A DNA stretch of 64,000 bases from Octopus sinensis (GCF_006345805.1 NC_042998.1:114266001-114330000); one strand, 5' to 3'. Numbered from the stretch's first letter, positions 40,478-54,324 are shown. The notes: generated by a model not told the origin, from the letters alone. Numbers and translations: made by a program.

Positions 40478-41069
40478 AAAGGTCTCAAACAAGAAATTGA
40501 GGAGTACATCATTGCTGCTGAGGACCAGTCCTCTCCAACTAGGAATTACTAAGGTATTGTCTTGAAATATGAAGCTCATCCTACCGCATATGAGGAGAGC
40601 ATCCAGAGACAATCGTCCACATAATCTCCGGATGCAGCAAGCTGGCATCAATAGCATGATTGCAAAACCATGACAGAGTAGCTCAGTACATACAATGGTC
40701 AATATGCTGCTTATACTACATCCCTCAAGAAAGCAAGCCATCACAAGTTGCCCAGAATACCGAGTTACCATCATTTGGAATATTAGTGTTCAGACTGATC
40801 GAGAAATGCAGGCCTGATTTCATTATGAAATTCAGTTGAGGTTGATAATGATGTGATGACTGAGAAAATATATGGACATGCAGGTTGAAATCGGAAGAAT
40901 GTGGAATCTGAAAACAACATTACTAATAATAATTGGAGAACTTGGAATGGTATGAAGAGGAGCAAACAAGTATGTAGACCAAATCCCTGGCAGCTTCAAA
41001 ATAAGCGAATTAAAAACTATCATACTTATGGTTAATTCACATATTCTACGTAAATTCCTATCTGTGTAA
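40478..41069 (+). mobile_element. R4/Dong-like (RLE-type) non-LTR retrotransposon C-terminus, 5'-truncated
   Basis: KGLKQEIEEYIIAAEDQSSPTRNY*; ETIVHIISGCSKLA (CCHC remnant); NHDRVAQYIQW (RHD motif); IIWNISVQTDR; RPDF; DMQVEIGRMWNLKT; IIIGELGM; SHILRKFLSV* (stop at 41067-41069). Confidence 0.85.
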
Positions 41070-42123
41070 ATGCAGACTTACTCAATCTGTGACTTTTTAT
41101 TTCCCCACAGAGATGAGTATATTTAATTGCATGGCACGTCACCTGTTAGCATCATCAGAGTAAAAATACATAAAACAATAAAATGAACCAAATAGAATAG
41201 CGTTAATTAGCGATATTGAAAGGTGTGAATCTAAACCTGAAAAAGAATTTTTTTAGACTGAGACCTAAAATTTAGCATTCACTTTCTCAAAACAAAAGTT
41301 TAATTCTCCCATTACAGCTAAACCTACCACAACCAAGCCTAGAGAAACATCAGCTGACAACCAAACCCTTCCAAAGCTATCTATATTATTTTGTGACTCT
41401 CTAAAAAACAACCCCTTAACCTGAAGCTGGTATACCTAAATAAACACACCTGATTACAAAGTTCTACATGCATGAACACAGCCCAACTTTTGTCAATAAA
41501 AATTTTCCATAAAACCTCTCCAACACAACCTACCCTACCACATATCGTTCAACAGAGCTCGGCTTACTATAGAAACTTTTCACTTAACAGAGACTCTATA
41601 AAGCCAAGGTCAAATCAAATGTATTACAGACAAATGGCTTCGAAGTCACTGTCAATACAATTATTGTGAAAGAATAATAAATATATACACATACATATAT
41701 CCGTGTGTATATACAGCAATGTATATATATATATATATTTATATATGCGCGCGGGTGTATAAGTGCGCGTGCATAGGCATTATATGATATATAAATATAT
41801 ATATATTCGCAAACACACACGTCATCGTAACGGGAGACATCATAAAATACACACACACGCACACACACATACACACACACACATAAAAATATGGGTGCGT
41901 ATGCAAATATACACATATATATATATCTCCATGTATGTATATATATATATATATGTGTGTGTGTGGTGTGTGTAATTCTATAAGATACCCCTGGTAGATT
42001 AGTTGTAGAAGACGACACACTCCCATCCACTATCACAAACTTTAGTTCCAGTGATCTCATGGTTAGCTATGGATTCTGATTACGGTATCAATGGAGTAAT
42101 AAAAAAAAGGCTTTCCTTCCCTA

Positions 42124-42356
42124 GTCATACCGACTCGTAAGGGAGGCATTCCTAGTTTCAATGGCGTATCTATTCCCCACCTGGACGGAACGCCGTTCTA
42201 TCACAGGATTACTCATTTTTGCCAGCTGTGTGGACTGGAGCAACGTGAAAAGAAGTGTTCTGCTCCAGAACACAACGCGTTTTCCGGGCCAGGAATCGAA
42301 ACCATAAACTTACGATCACGAGTCCAACCCTCCTAACCATTAAGCTACGCATCCCC
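42124..42356 (-). mobile_element. tRNA-derived SINE, family D
   Basis: Reverse complement has a tRNA-like head (gcgtagcttaatggttag; ggtttcgattcctgg) and the core ttcacgttgctccagtccacacagctggcaaaaatgag. Confidence 0.85.
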
Positions 42357-42810
42357 ACTATTGATGGAGCAACTTCGAGTAAAGCACTTTGTTGCATGTG
42401 GTTACGTATCTTTGTTCATTGTATCCAAATCTTTCATACATCTACTTCGCTTTGCGATTCTATTCTAGGTAGACCTCTTTAAGCTTGACCTCAGCGCAAG
42501 TACTGAACCCAATAAAATGTGACTGATATACTATTATTTTCTAGTGAACACCACTGCGATTACCAACAACACCACCACCATCATTATCATCATCATCATC
42601 ATCATCATCACCATCACTACCACCTTACCATCATCATTGTGATGGGAGCCTTAATAAAGTATTATCATAATAGTTATTCATAATCTGTTACTAATATCAG
42701 CATCCTCATTCCCATCAGCGTCGTCATCAACCTATCACTCCCATCAACCCCGCAATCAACATCATCACCACTACCTCTATCACGACGACCACCACCACCA
42801 TCACCACCAC

Positions 42811-42853
<43 letters not shown>

Positions 42854-42912
42854 TGCATCATCAACATCATTATAGCAGCAGCAATTGGTCCCATCATTAT
42901 TTACGCTTGTAA

Positions 42913-43125
42913 GTCGGCAAGTTGGCGGAATAGTTGCTGCGTCGGACAAAATGCTTAGCGGCATACTTCCGGCATTACGTTCTGAATTCAAATCGTTTCG
43001 AGACTGACTTTGCCTTTCATCCTTCCCTGATCGATAAAATAAGTGCCAGTTTAACACAACGTTTGATCGACTTCTTCTCCCCTCAAAATTACCGGGTTTT
43101 GTGTCAAAATTAGCAAGAATTATTA
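42913..43125 (+). mobile_element. SINE family A variant, degenerate
   Basis: gttctgaattcaaat...gactttgcctttcatcc...gatcgataaaataagt. Confidence 0.8.
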
Positions 43126-43183
43126 TTTACGCTTGTTACATATTGCACTTACACACATGGGTCTCTCACCGTCTCTCTCTCTC

Positions 43184-43236
<53 letters not shown>

Positions 43237-43835
43237 TATATATACATGTGCTGTTAGTTAGCCATGTGTATGTGACGATCATAATCAATGCTGTGACTTC
43301 ATACTCAGTTGGAAATATGGTATACTCCAGCCTTGTAGGCCGATACAATTTTCATTATCGCGAAGCATGTTTATGACAAAATACAGATTAAATAAATACT
43401 AAGACACGAATGAATTAGGATTGAAATAAACTGCAACAATAGAAGCTCAATAAGAATCGAATTAAAGGGTGTGGTGTTTGAGTCCTCTATAACGAATCGA
43501 TTATAAGAAAAGTAAATATCATGCAAAATTATCCATGATACATTAAAACCAATGTGATTATACAGTTCTACTTCGGTATTTTCTGCCGTTTTTCTATGGC
43601 TTTCTCAATAATGACTTATTATTTCTACAGAATAATACAACGAGTAAACTTGTTACCAAAGCCGTTTGTTCTACTTTGCATATGTTTTATACCTGTAAAT
43701 GGGATACGAACAATCATATGTTAAACTTGTATAGAAATATGTATAATTCTACAAAAGAGAAGAAAATGAAGGAATAAAAAAATCATAATGTATGTTATAC
43801 AAGGGAATAAACAAAAATATGCGTCGGTGTGTGCG

Positions 43836-43882
<47 letters not shown>

Positions 43883-44288
43883 ATGTGAGTGTGTGTATCA
43901 TATTACTTCAAAAAATTAAATGACATATTGGGTAGTATTTCAGGTGTACTGGTAACTGTCAGAACATGCGAGCGCTGTGTGAGTTAGGGAACTGGTAAAG
44001 AAAGGAGTTCGAGAAATGTTTAAGTTGGCAAGCAATACTAGTGGGGTGGTAAAGATGACAAATGTTATATAGTCGATAGGCACAAAAAGCACAACACAAT
44101 CTCACCCCCACTCACATAAATGCACTCTTTTGTCCAAAATATATAAAGAGAGAGAGGGGGAAGAGAGCGAGAGAGAGGTGGGTGAGAGACGGAGTACGAG
44201 GAACAACTGTTTGTCTATATATATATATATATATAGACATAACAAACACACGCCAATGCACGCAGACATACTCACACATACACACGTA

Positions 44289-44592
44289 CGAAAGGATGAA
44301 AGGCAAAGTCGACCTCAGCGGAATTTGAACTCAGAACGTAACGGCAGACGAAATACGTATTTCTTTATTACCCACAAGGGACTAAACACAGAGGGGACAA
44401 ACAAGGACAGATATAGGTATTAAGTCGATTACATCGACCCCCCAGTGCATCACTGCTACTTAATTTATCGACCCCGAAAGGATGAAAGGCAAAGTCGACC
44501 TCGGCGGAATTTGAACTCACAACGTAACGGCAGACGAAATACGGCTAGGCATTTCGCCAGGTGTGCTAATGTTTCTGCCAGCTCGCTGCCTT
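44289..44592 (-). mobile_element. Full SINE family A (44358-44592) followed in sense by a 69-bp internal duplicate (44289-44357)
   Basis: cgaaaggatgaaaggcaaagtcgacctc...gcagacgaaatac occurs at both 44289 and 44475. Confidence 0.92.
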
Positions 44593-44765
44593 ACGCGCTC
44601 ATGGGAATATCAAGGAAATGCGTTCGTGTTTTCAAGCTAAATTTGATCGAGAAATCACCTTTGAAATGGTATACGACCATAGCCACAGTATAGTGAATAT
44701 GAATCACTATCAAAATATCTGTTTGCATGTAGGTAGGCATTTGTGTATGTATTATGTATTATGTA

Positions 44766-44957
44766 AGAATTTACAAAAAAACAAAAGACGAAGACAGGTG
44801 TGTAAACAACAAACAGATGTATTAGTTTAACACTCGGGAAGTGACAGAGTCTTTTACGTTTCGATCTTACGCTCTTCGACAGAAAAAAAAAAAAATAAAC
44901 AAGGAAAGAAAATTTTTTAAAATGGATTCGTGGCTAGTTTGTTCGTGGCCAATCATG
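44766..44957 (-). mobile_element. Short repeat family 1 copy with hammerhead-like motif at 44849-44887
   Basis: Sense: tttt-CTGTCGA-A-gagc(gtaa)gatc-GAA-ACGT-A-aaagac. One helix II mismatch. Confidence 0.78.
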
Positions 44958-45262
44958 AATCAGTTGGTTCGATTTCTGAAGCAAATAGTATATTAAGTTT
45001 TTGAGTAACGTACTTCATTTCGTTCCTCTTTGATCTTTAAATGGCCATTGCAGTCTCAACATCATCTGATAGAGCATTGCTTGGGGCTAATAGTGAATAA
45101 CAAATACTCACTTGCATAGCAGTACATTCGCTGGCAGAGTATATTACATAAGTAAAGTGCTGCGATATTGTGTGTATGGATAAATTGTGAATATATTTAT
45201 TCAAACAATGAAGTTAAATGTACGCTTATTTGAATAATCGTGCGTATGCGATCTTATTCAAC

Positions 45263-45298
<36 letters not shown>

Positions 45299-45701
45299 TG
45301 AAAGAGAGAGAAAGAGAAGAAACGAGATTGAAAGATAGATAGTATTTAATCAATATCTTAATTTTTCTGCTCGTCTAAAAAGAAAATGCAGTTAAAAATG
45401 ACGAAACGAAAAAGTAAGATCTGAAACTTTTAGATTCTTTGCTTTTTTCGGTAATATTTAGGTTCAAATATTATATATTTACAGAAAAATTAATTATATA
45501 TTGAATTTTTCTAGTTAGGTATGTGGGGTGTGTGTTCTTTTATCGCATATTCAATCGAAAACCATCCTTTATATTTCTTTTACCTTTTTGTTTTAGTGGT
45601 TTTCCTTGTTGATGCGTCTGTCTCCCTCTGTCCCTCCCTTCTTCACTCTCTATGTATATGTGCTTGTGTGTGTATATATATACATACATAAATGTTTATC
45701 C

Positions 45702-45733
<32 letters not shown>

Positions 45734-47419
45734 ATACATATATATGTATACAGACATATATATATAAATATGTATATATATATATATATGTATATCAATG
45801 CCACACATACCAACATATATATGATGCATACGTGGATGTGTGCGGGTGTGGTGTAAATACCAAAAGAGTTTACTGGCTAATGGGAAGAACAACATACAAA
45901 ACTGACGATTACCTGTTAATTAATGGATAAGAAAATTGATTTATCGATAATTAAGGTGTACATCTATAAATGTTTGTATGCATTCTACTTTCTCTCTACT
46001 TCTTTTCCTCATATTATATTTTCACTATCTATATACACATGCATACATACGTACATACATACATACATACATACATACATACATACATACACACATACGT
46101 ACATACTTACATATACACACACACACATACACATGTATATCTGTATACATATATACACATATATGTATATATATACATGTATATCTTATATATATATACA
46201 TATATGTGTACATGTAAATATAATTATATATACGTATACATATATGTGTATATATATATATATATTGTATGCATGTATGAAAACGTTATAGAATTAGAGA
46301 AAGAAACAGGCGAGTCGCTTGGTGTTTCTATGTGAATGTGCATATATCTGAGCGTGTGTATCTGTGTATTTATGTACTATTTTATGCAAATAATGTAAAC
46401 GCATAAAAAATTTGAATAATCGTAAATCAATATTTATGGAAAGAAAAATAAAAGTATGAAAATGTAATGAGAGATTTCAGTGCATCCAGTAAAAGTTTCC
46501 TTATTTATGTTTATAGGTTTTATTCAGCTTTCCAAATCATATCTTTTCCTAAATATTTTTCGATAATATATGCTTTATATTCTGTTCAATACCATGAGAT
46601 GCTTTAGATTTTTGTTTAAATTAGATTTATATGATACCAACTGGAAGCATATTCAAAATGATTATATGATGTTAAACCAGCATTAGAACATTTCTTTATT
46701 AAACGATGATGCGTAAATATTTAAAATAAGTTATGACGTAATTATAAAGCACACCTCAACCGAACATTTTGGCAGAGTAATGTTCAAATCCTTCTAAATA
46801 CATTATCTTGTGAATATTATGCTATTGATAGAAAGCTTTTAAAGTTTTTTCAAAACAGGTTCAAAAACTTAAATTATGAATGAGATAATTCCAAGTGTGC
46901 ACACTCTATTTGTCCGTAGCTGAAAGAATCATTAAGCAAACATCCTTTAAATTAAACAACAGGTTTACTTACAAAAAGGTGAAGATCCTACTGGTCATGA
47001 AAGACCGCCTTGAATTTCACTGCAATGCAACATGGCCACATTGGACAAATAAGTAAGCTGTTAAACCAAACTTAAATGTTCAAAAAACTGTTTTGTTTCG
47101 TCAACATGCTTTGTTTCGTCAATTCGCTAATGCCAACCATGAGTATGTTGCCATTTAATTTTCAGGTAGACAAACCTCTTCTGCGAGTTCGAAATGTCTT
47201 GTAGCTAAATCTGATGCAAATTGGACTTTTCTAATACTATCTGATATGTTTCTATATAGCTTAAGTTTTGTAAAACGCCTTCTCACATTATGACCATATC
47301 AAGCAGCTTCAGATTTAATCGGTTCTTGTCATCTTTAGAATATCTGGGACTGCCTGAAGAATTTCTCCTGCTGAGGCTACTTTTGGTTTTTGCGATAACA
47401 CTATTGGTACTGTTATATA

Positions 47420-47922
47420 CAGGGTGATTGCAAAGTAACTCCCTATTTTAAAATACTTATAAATTATTTATTAATTGTAATTTTTACGAAAAAATAGATA
47501 TGACAGGAAAGTCTTTCTAAAATTCTAAAATTTGTTAAGGGCTCCAGATGTCGCCACCAGCTTCTTGAGTAGCCCAGGAATTGCTTCAACTGATTTCACC
47601 AGAAACTCTCCTGGGATGGAAGAACACATAACGTCTCGTATCCATCCTTCAAGTTCTTCCAGAGTCTTTGGTTTGGTAGAGTAAACTTACTCCTTGAACC
47701 AACCACAAAGAAAGAAGTCACAAGATGTTAAGTCCGGACTCCTGGCTGGCCACCCATGTGGACCACGCCGACCCATCCATCTCTTGGGGAAGTGAGCATT
47801 CAGTCATTCACGAATGACAAGAGCAATACGATTACAAATTAAATTTGTATACTTCAAAAAACCAACTCAGACAATTTGAGAAAAAATTACAATTAATAGG
47901 AATTTACTTTTCAATTACCCTT
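47420..47922 (-). mobile_element. Internally deleted Tc1/mariner-superfamily element (rosa/DD41D-like), 503 bp, TA TSD
   Basis: Left TIR TA|cagggtgattgcaaagtaactccc...attaattgtaattttt; right TIR aaaaattacaattaata[deletion]ggaatttacttttcaattaccctt|TA. Minus strand encodes RWMGRRGPHGWPARSPDLTSCDFFL..VYSTKPKTLEELEGWIRD. The subgroup assignment is inference. Confidence 0.85.
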
Positions 47923-48084
47923 TATATACAAGTAAGTGATATGTATGTATGTGTGTGTGATAACAATTACTATCACCACCACCACCACCAACTGACCCTA
48001 CCACAAACAACAACAACAGCATCAGTACCACCGACACCAGTACCGCTAGCACCAACATCACCAGCATCATTATTATCATCGTCA

Positions 48085-48340
48085 TCATTATTATGCTAAT
48101 ATTGGCAATGGCAATGATAACTATCATGATAATGAGGATTATGAGAATGCGAACGACGGCGACGACGATGATAATAATAATGATGATGATGATAATGATG
48201 ATGATGGTAGTGGTGGTGGTGATGGTGATGTTACTGTTGCTGCTACTGAATATAATGGTGATGGCTTTTATTCTTTCGAAGATAACGAAGATTTTGATAA
48301 TGATATAATGATAATAGCGACGGCGACAACAGCGACTACA

Positions 48341-48395
<55 letters not shown>

Positions 48396-48729
48396 CGATG
48401 ATGATGATGATGGTGATGATGATAAGGACTACGACGATGGCTATAATGATGATGATGACGTAGAGGAGAAGGCGAAATAGGAGGATAATGACGAATATAA
48501 CACCAACAAACAGTAACAACAAATACATTAAATGTTCAACCTCGCAATAACAATAGCAACAAGACCAACATCGTCATTGTCACAATAGTGACAACAACAA
48601 CAACAATAACAGTCACAACAGCTACAGCAACAATAACAACAGCAGGAGCAGTAACAGCAACTTTAACAACAAAGACGACGACGATGACGATGACGATGAT
48701 GAAGATAATGATACCGATGATGATGATGG

Positions 48730-48784
<55 letters not shown>

Positions 48785-48812
48785 GATGATGATGACGACG
48801 ATGATGATGGGC
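48085..48812. repeat. (GAT)n/(AAC)n/(GAC)n tracts
   Basis: Directly visible. Confidence 0.95.
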
Positions 48813-49212
48813 ATTATACAGCAATCTTTTAATCTTTTTGTGGTGCGTATTATTTTGTTTATTTGTATCTTAACTGGTACTTTAACGCCATTTTCTAAGG
48901 TGTGATATATTCATCAACGACATTAAATACACCGCAGGGTATATATATTTATATTTCCAAAAACAAACAGCTTACACATTGGACCCAACCAGTTTTAAAC
49001 CTATACACTCACAAAAGCTCAGACACAACGCATATGTATATGTGTAGGTGCATGCATGTGTGTTTATATATATATATGTATATGTATATACATGTGTGTA
49101 TGTATGTATGTATATATATTTATATGTATATATATATATATATGTAAATATATATATATATATGTGTGTGTGTGTGTATGTGTGTGTGTACGTATGTATA
49201 TGTGTGTATATG

Positions 49213-49243
<31 letters not shown>

Positions 49244-49816
49244 GTAGATGTATACATATATGTATAATTATGTGTGTAGATATACCTATAAATATATACA
49301 TAATGAGAGTGCGTGATAGCTTCTCCTTACTCTAATCTCTTCCTCTATATTGCTTTCACTCTACAATTTAATACTTTTTATCATGATCCTGATGTAGACA
49401 CATGCGTATAAACATAACATTAAACAAACACAATGAAACCTGTATATCCTCCAATACATATAACTATATGTTTGTGTGTGTATGTATATATATATATATA
49501 TATATATATAATACTTAATGTTTGTCTATGTCCTTATACGTGTGTGTTGCCATTTAATTTGTGTATTTGTGTGTGTATTTGTATGTATGTATATGTGTGT
49601 GTATGTGTGTGTTTGTTTACGTGTCTGTACATGTACATATGCAGATATGTGGACATCCATGTCCTCCTAACGCTTTGGTATTTATTCCCTTCTGTGTATC
49701 ACTTCTACTTTAGTTTTCTGTTGTTTCTCATTTCCTTAATCAATGTATGCACCCCTACAGCCCTACACTTACCGTACACACACCCAAAGACAGAAAAGTA
49801 CACATACATATATACA

Positions 49817-49865
<49 letters not shown>

Positions 49866-50412
49866 ATTGACACATGTGTATACGGCTTCGTTCTCTTTGT
49901 TTTTCTCTGTCTCTTACTGATTCTCTCTATATCTTAACTCCTAACACCATCCTCTCTCCTTCTCATACATCGTTCTATTTTTAATCCACTTCACACTCAC
50001 ACACACACGGTGCATAGTATATACCCCTTTGTCGCCAATTAATTGTACATTGGCTGATAGAATTATATGATATTTAAGAAACGTGTCTATGCGTTAGATA
50101 AAAGATTGGATTCTGATGGTGCGATGATAAGACCGCATACTGACAGTGACGTCACCACTACGTCCTCCTACCTTCGCGAGATTTCGTCCGATCTTTTGCA
50201 TTGTAGCCAAACAAATGCTATACATGTATACATATCATAGACACACACATCATACAAACACAAATACACACACAAATACATATATATCCGTATATATTTA
50301 TATGCACATATATATACATATATCTGTATATATTTACATGCATATATATATATATATATAAATATATGTATATATATATAAATATATGTATATATATATA
50401 TGTATATATATA

Positions 50413-50454
<42 letters not shown>

Positions 50455-50944
50455 CGTGTGTCCGTGGATAAATTAATGTATTTCATGTTTTATGTTTTCC
50501 AGTTTCAGCTCTTTATATATTTATGTGCGTGTGTGTGTATGTGTATGTACCTAGTTGTATAAAATTGCGTGTCTGTGTGCCTACTTGGATGAATGTATCT
50601 GCTTCAGAGAGTCTTCATATGTTTATAACGAATTTGCAATGAGGTTCAATGAAAACACAAGATTTTATGCCAGAGTTCTTGAGACGAATACAGACACAGT
50701 TATGGAGTTATCGGGATAGTTTGGAGATTTGCGTATATGAGTATGTCCGTTATTAGTATTGTGTATTGTATGCGCGTGTGCGTGAGTATGTAAAATTATT
50801 TCTTAGAAAATTTATTACTTTTCATTTCAAGCTCGCGAGTACATGTGTATTTGTGAGTGGCAATGCATGTGTGAGCGTATGTTTCAGTGTTTGTGTCTGT
50901 CTGTCTGTATGTATGTGTGTGTATATATATAGTTATATATTATA

Positions 50945-52103
50945 TTGGGTCATCCCATAAATAATGCGATTTTTTTATACTTTTATTTTTTAAAATTAAG
51001 ATAAAAAAATTATTTTTGATGCAAAATATACTCTCCTTCATTTTTGCTACAATGCTCTTCCATCTCACTGGTAGACTTGCAAAATCCCTCTTCCAAAATC
51101 CACTTGTCCGCGACTCCTCCACTACTGGTCTGACCTCGTCTACAGAATTCATATTTTTTCTGTCCAAATAGTTTTGAAGGCAAAGGAATAAATGATAATC
51201 AGGTGAGGCAGTGTTCGCCGAATATGGTGGGTGGGGCCTTTGAAATGTCATCCTCGCAGTATGTGACCGAGCATTATCCTGATTGAAGAACACCTTTCGT
51301 CTTGAAACCAAATACGGTTTCTTCTAGTGTTGATTTAAGCCGCTCAAGCTGCTCGCAGTAGATCACCTTTGTTACCGTTTAGTTTGGGTTTAAAAGTTCA
51401 AAGTGGACTAAACCTTGCATATCCCATCACACGGATAACAACACGTTATGTGGGTGAAGACCTTTAACCTTAGGTGCCTTTGTTTCTTCTTTCTCTACCC
51501 ACTGTTTTCGGCGTTTGACATTTTTATAGAGAAGCCATTTCTCGTCACTAGTCACTATTCGGTCCCAAAAGGTTTCATTAGTGAGACGTGACAGCAAAGA
51601 AGAGAACACATTCACTCTCTGAGCACGATTGGCCTCGGAAATTTTGTGAGGGACTCATTGACCCAATTTTCCGATGGTACGCAGCTATTTATGAATGGTT
51701 GAAGGACTAAATACAAGCTTCTCTGCTAGTTTCCGATAGGTTTTTGTTCCACCAGGGTTTGCAGGACATCCTCGTTGATACCTACTGATCTTCCAGGACG
51801 AGGTTCGTCTTCTAAACTGTAGTTTCCGCTTATCATCCGATCCCCATATACTGCATTAATATTCCTCGCACTTTTCGTTGCGTTGTTGACTTTATTGAAC
51901 TCATAAAGCAAAATATGCCGAATATGCTTCCTTTGTCACTTTCATTAAAGCTTTGAAAAAATAACTTAACATCGAACTGCACTCTTCAAATCTTACACTA
52001 AGAATAAGTACCTGGATTTATAGCACCTTGATGTTTATCCCATCCCCCTTCCAATTTTAGTTCATGAAAGTGACAAAAGCACATTATTTATGGTATAGCC
52101 CAA
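50945..52103 (-). mobile_element. Decayed mariner (D,D34D) element with both TIRs and TA TSD; transposase pseudogene about 51945 to 51020
   Basis: TIRs ttgggtcatcccataaataatgcg (50945) and gcacattatttatggtatagcccaa (to 52103). MKVTK..HIRHILLYEFNK; YSLEDEPRPGRS; RIVTSDEKW; QDNARSH; PPYS..ASPDYHLF. Several deletions and frameshifts. Confidence 0.95.
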
Positions 52104-52187
52104 TATATATGTATATATCTGTGCGTGCATGCATATTCATGCGTGCTTATGCACATATATGTATATATGTATATAGATGTATGTATA

Positions 52188-52228
<41 letters not shown>

Positions 52229-52762
52229 ATGTGTGTGTATATGTATGTATGTTTCGACTTTTTACACACTTCATTTGCCAACGTTACAACTATTAGATAA
52301 TTCCGAGTTCCCAGAAACAGCTGTCGAACCTTAAAAGACGATTCCCTCTTCCCTTATCACCGTATTTTTCTCTATGTTTTTTACTCCAGTTAAATCTGTT
52401 CTGCAGATATATAAATATCTAAAAAGCTTATATATAAATATTCACCTAAAATATTTTCAGTTTTTCCTCTCTCGCCATATATCTCTATAAATATTTACAT
52501 GTATATATGTATGTATATTTTATATGTCAAGCCCAAGCGCGTTTATTTGTTTATTTGCATCATCATTTCCATATCTGCTCACTTGGATTCGTGTTATAGC
52601 CATTCTTTATCACCATAGACTTTGTCCTCGATAAAGATCTTGGAGTGTAAGTTGAAATCATTTGCGTACTAGTACGTGCTTTCTACACTGAGCATATCTG
52701 AATCTCCCCTGTTGACTCTACTTGTGTGTGTATATATATATATATATATACGCATATATATC

Positions 52763-52793
<31 letters not shown>

Positions 52794-53000
52794 TATATCT
52801 ATGGTTATAGTTGCGTATGTCTATATGAATGCAATTATGTGTATGTATGTGTATTCGAGTATATTTTTGTATGCGTCGGCATCCTGTCTAAATGTTCATC
52901 TTTCACCATGGCTTTCTCTTATCTTATACCTCTCTGTCTGTCTCTGTCACTCTCTGTCTCTCTTTCTCTCGGTTCTAAAATATATTATATATATACATAC

Positions 53001-53084
<84 letters not shown>

Positions 53085-53100
53085 TTATGTATTTATATAT

Positions 53101-53186
<86 letters not shown>

Positions 53187-53299
53187 GTTGAAAATATGCG
53201 GAAAACATATATAAAAAGTGAAAGAGAGATGCCTTCGTTTCACATAGTTTAATATCTTATAAAGAAATTTAAAAAAAATATATACATATTTTATGGATG

Positions 53300-54324
53300 T
53301 CGTGATATCCAACCGGTTTTCGCCATTTAAATTAACCTTTCAGGGGACATTTTGAAGTAATCAGTTCTTGTGATAAAGGGTTCTTGTTATTTCGGATGTT
53401 TGAAAAATAAGAATGAGGCTAGAGAGGGGACCAAGGGAGGCAACAGGTGGCAAGGAGGACAACTAACTCAGTATGATTTTTTAAGTAGTGAAATTTGTAT
53501 ATTAAGGTGAGGTCTGTACTTTTGTATGTACAGTTTTCCTTGTTTAGTTCTTGCAAGGAGATTAAAACGTTTTTTTTTAAGGGGGGGGTATAATGGAATT
53601 TAGCGTTTTATTTCTTCCGCATCTATCGATATGTTCGCTCGGGGTATCTGCTTGTATTGAGGAAAACGAATCTGTTCTTTATGCAGCGTGACTCTGCGTC
53701 TCAAAGTAGGGCCTGTTTGGCCCACATAATTGTGGCATAGATAAGATTCTGGGAAGCACATGTGAAGTTGGTCATAATTGAGAGTTTTCTCCTTGCTGGA
53801 ATGTGAACGCCGAGCCTTCAGTTAGGTATGAGTATGTACCACAATTAGGTCGTCTACATTTTTTAACTGTTGGTATCGTATGTATTGAGTATAGTTTTGC
53901 ATTTGTTAGGAGTCTCTTGAGTGATTTGTGTTGTCTTTCGCATTTGAGGAGTTTATGTCTATTTAGGATGTTGTTCATTTTCGGGTCTTGAGTAAGCAGA
54001 GGGAGATTTTGTATAATTGTGTTGTATGCTTCATTGTTTCTGGGGTTGTACGTTGATATGTATGGGAGTGATTTAGCGTGAGGTGTGGTGTTTCGTTTTG
54101 TTGTCCTTAGTGTGTGTGTGTCCAATTTATTGGCACGTTTAATTCCATTGTCTATAAGTGCAGGTAGGTATTCAATGAGCTTTATTTTGAGGTTATGTGG
54201 GCGAAGTTCCCGAGTGGTTGTCTCTAATACAATTGGGCAGATCATTTTTGCTAGAGTGAATGAGATATTTATTTTGGTGTGTTTAGAATGGCATGAACTG
54301 AAAAGAAGAAACTGTTTTGAGTAT
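53300..54324 (-). mobile_element. Penelope-like element, 5'-truncated: RT C-terminal/thumb region, GIY-YIG endonuclease, 3' UTR/LTR
   Basis: SKQFLLFSSCHSKHTKINISFTLA; LPYISTYNP; KCRRPNCGTY; NFTCASQNLIYA; NYVGQTGPTLRRRVTLHKEQIR; EHIDRCG; LYIQKYRPHLN. Confidence 0.92.
53306..53349 (-). ncRNA. Degenerate hammerhead relic in the Penelope 3' LTR
   Basis: Sense: tgtccc-CTGAAAG-gttaatttaaatggc-GAAA-accggt-t-ggata. Palindromic accggt and helix I tgtcc/ggata; core damaged. Confidence 0.45.

Noticed and set aside
50100-50160. CRE (tgacgtca 50147-50154) with GATA/CCAAT words; similar YY1/E-box words near 845 and 30235-30290
   Set aside because: Short motifs expected by chance, with no supporting gene context.
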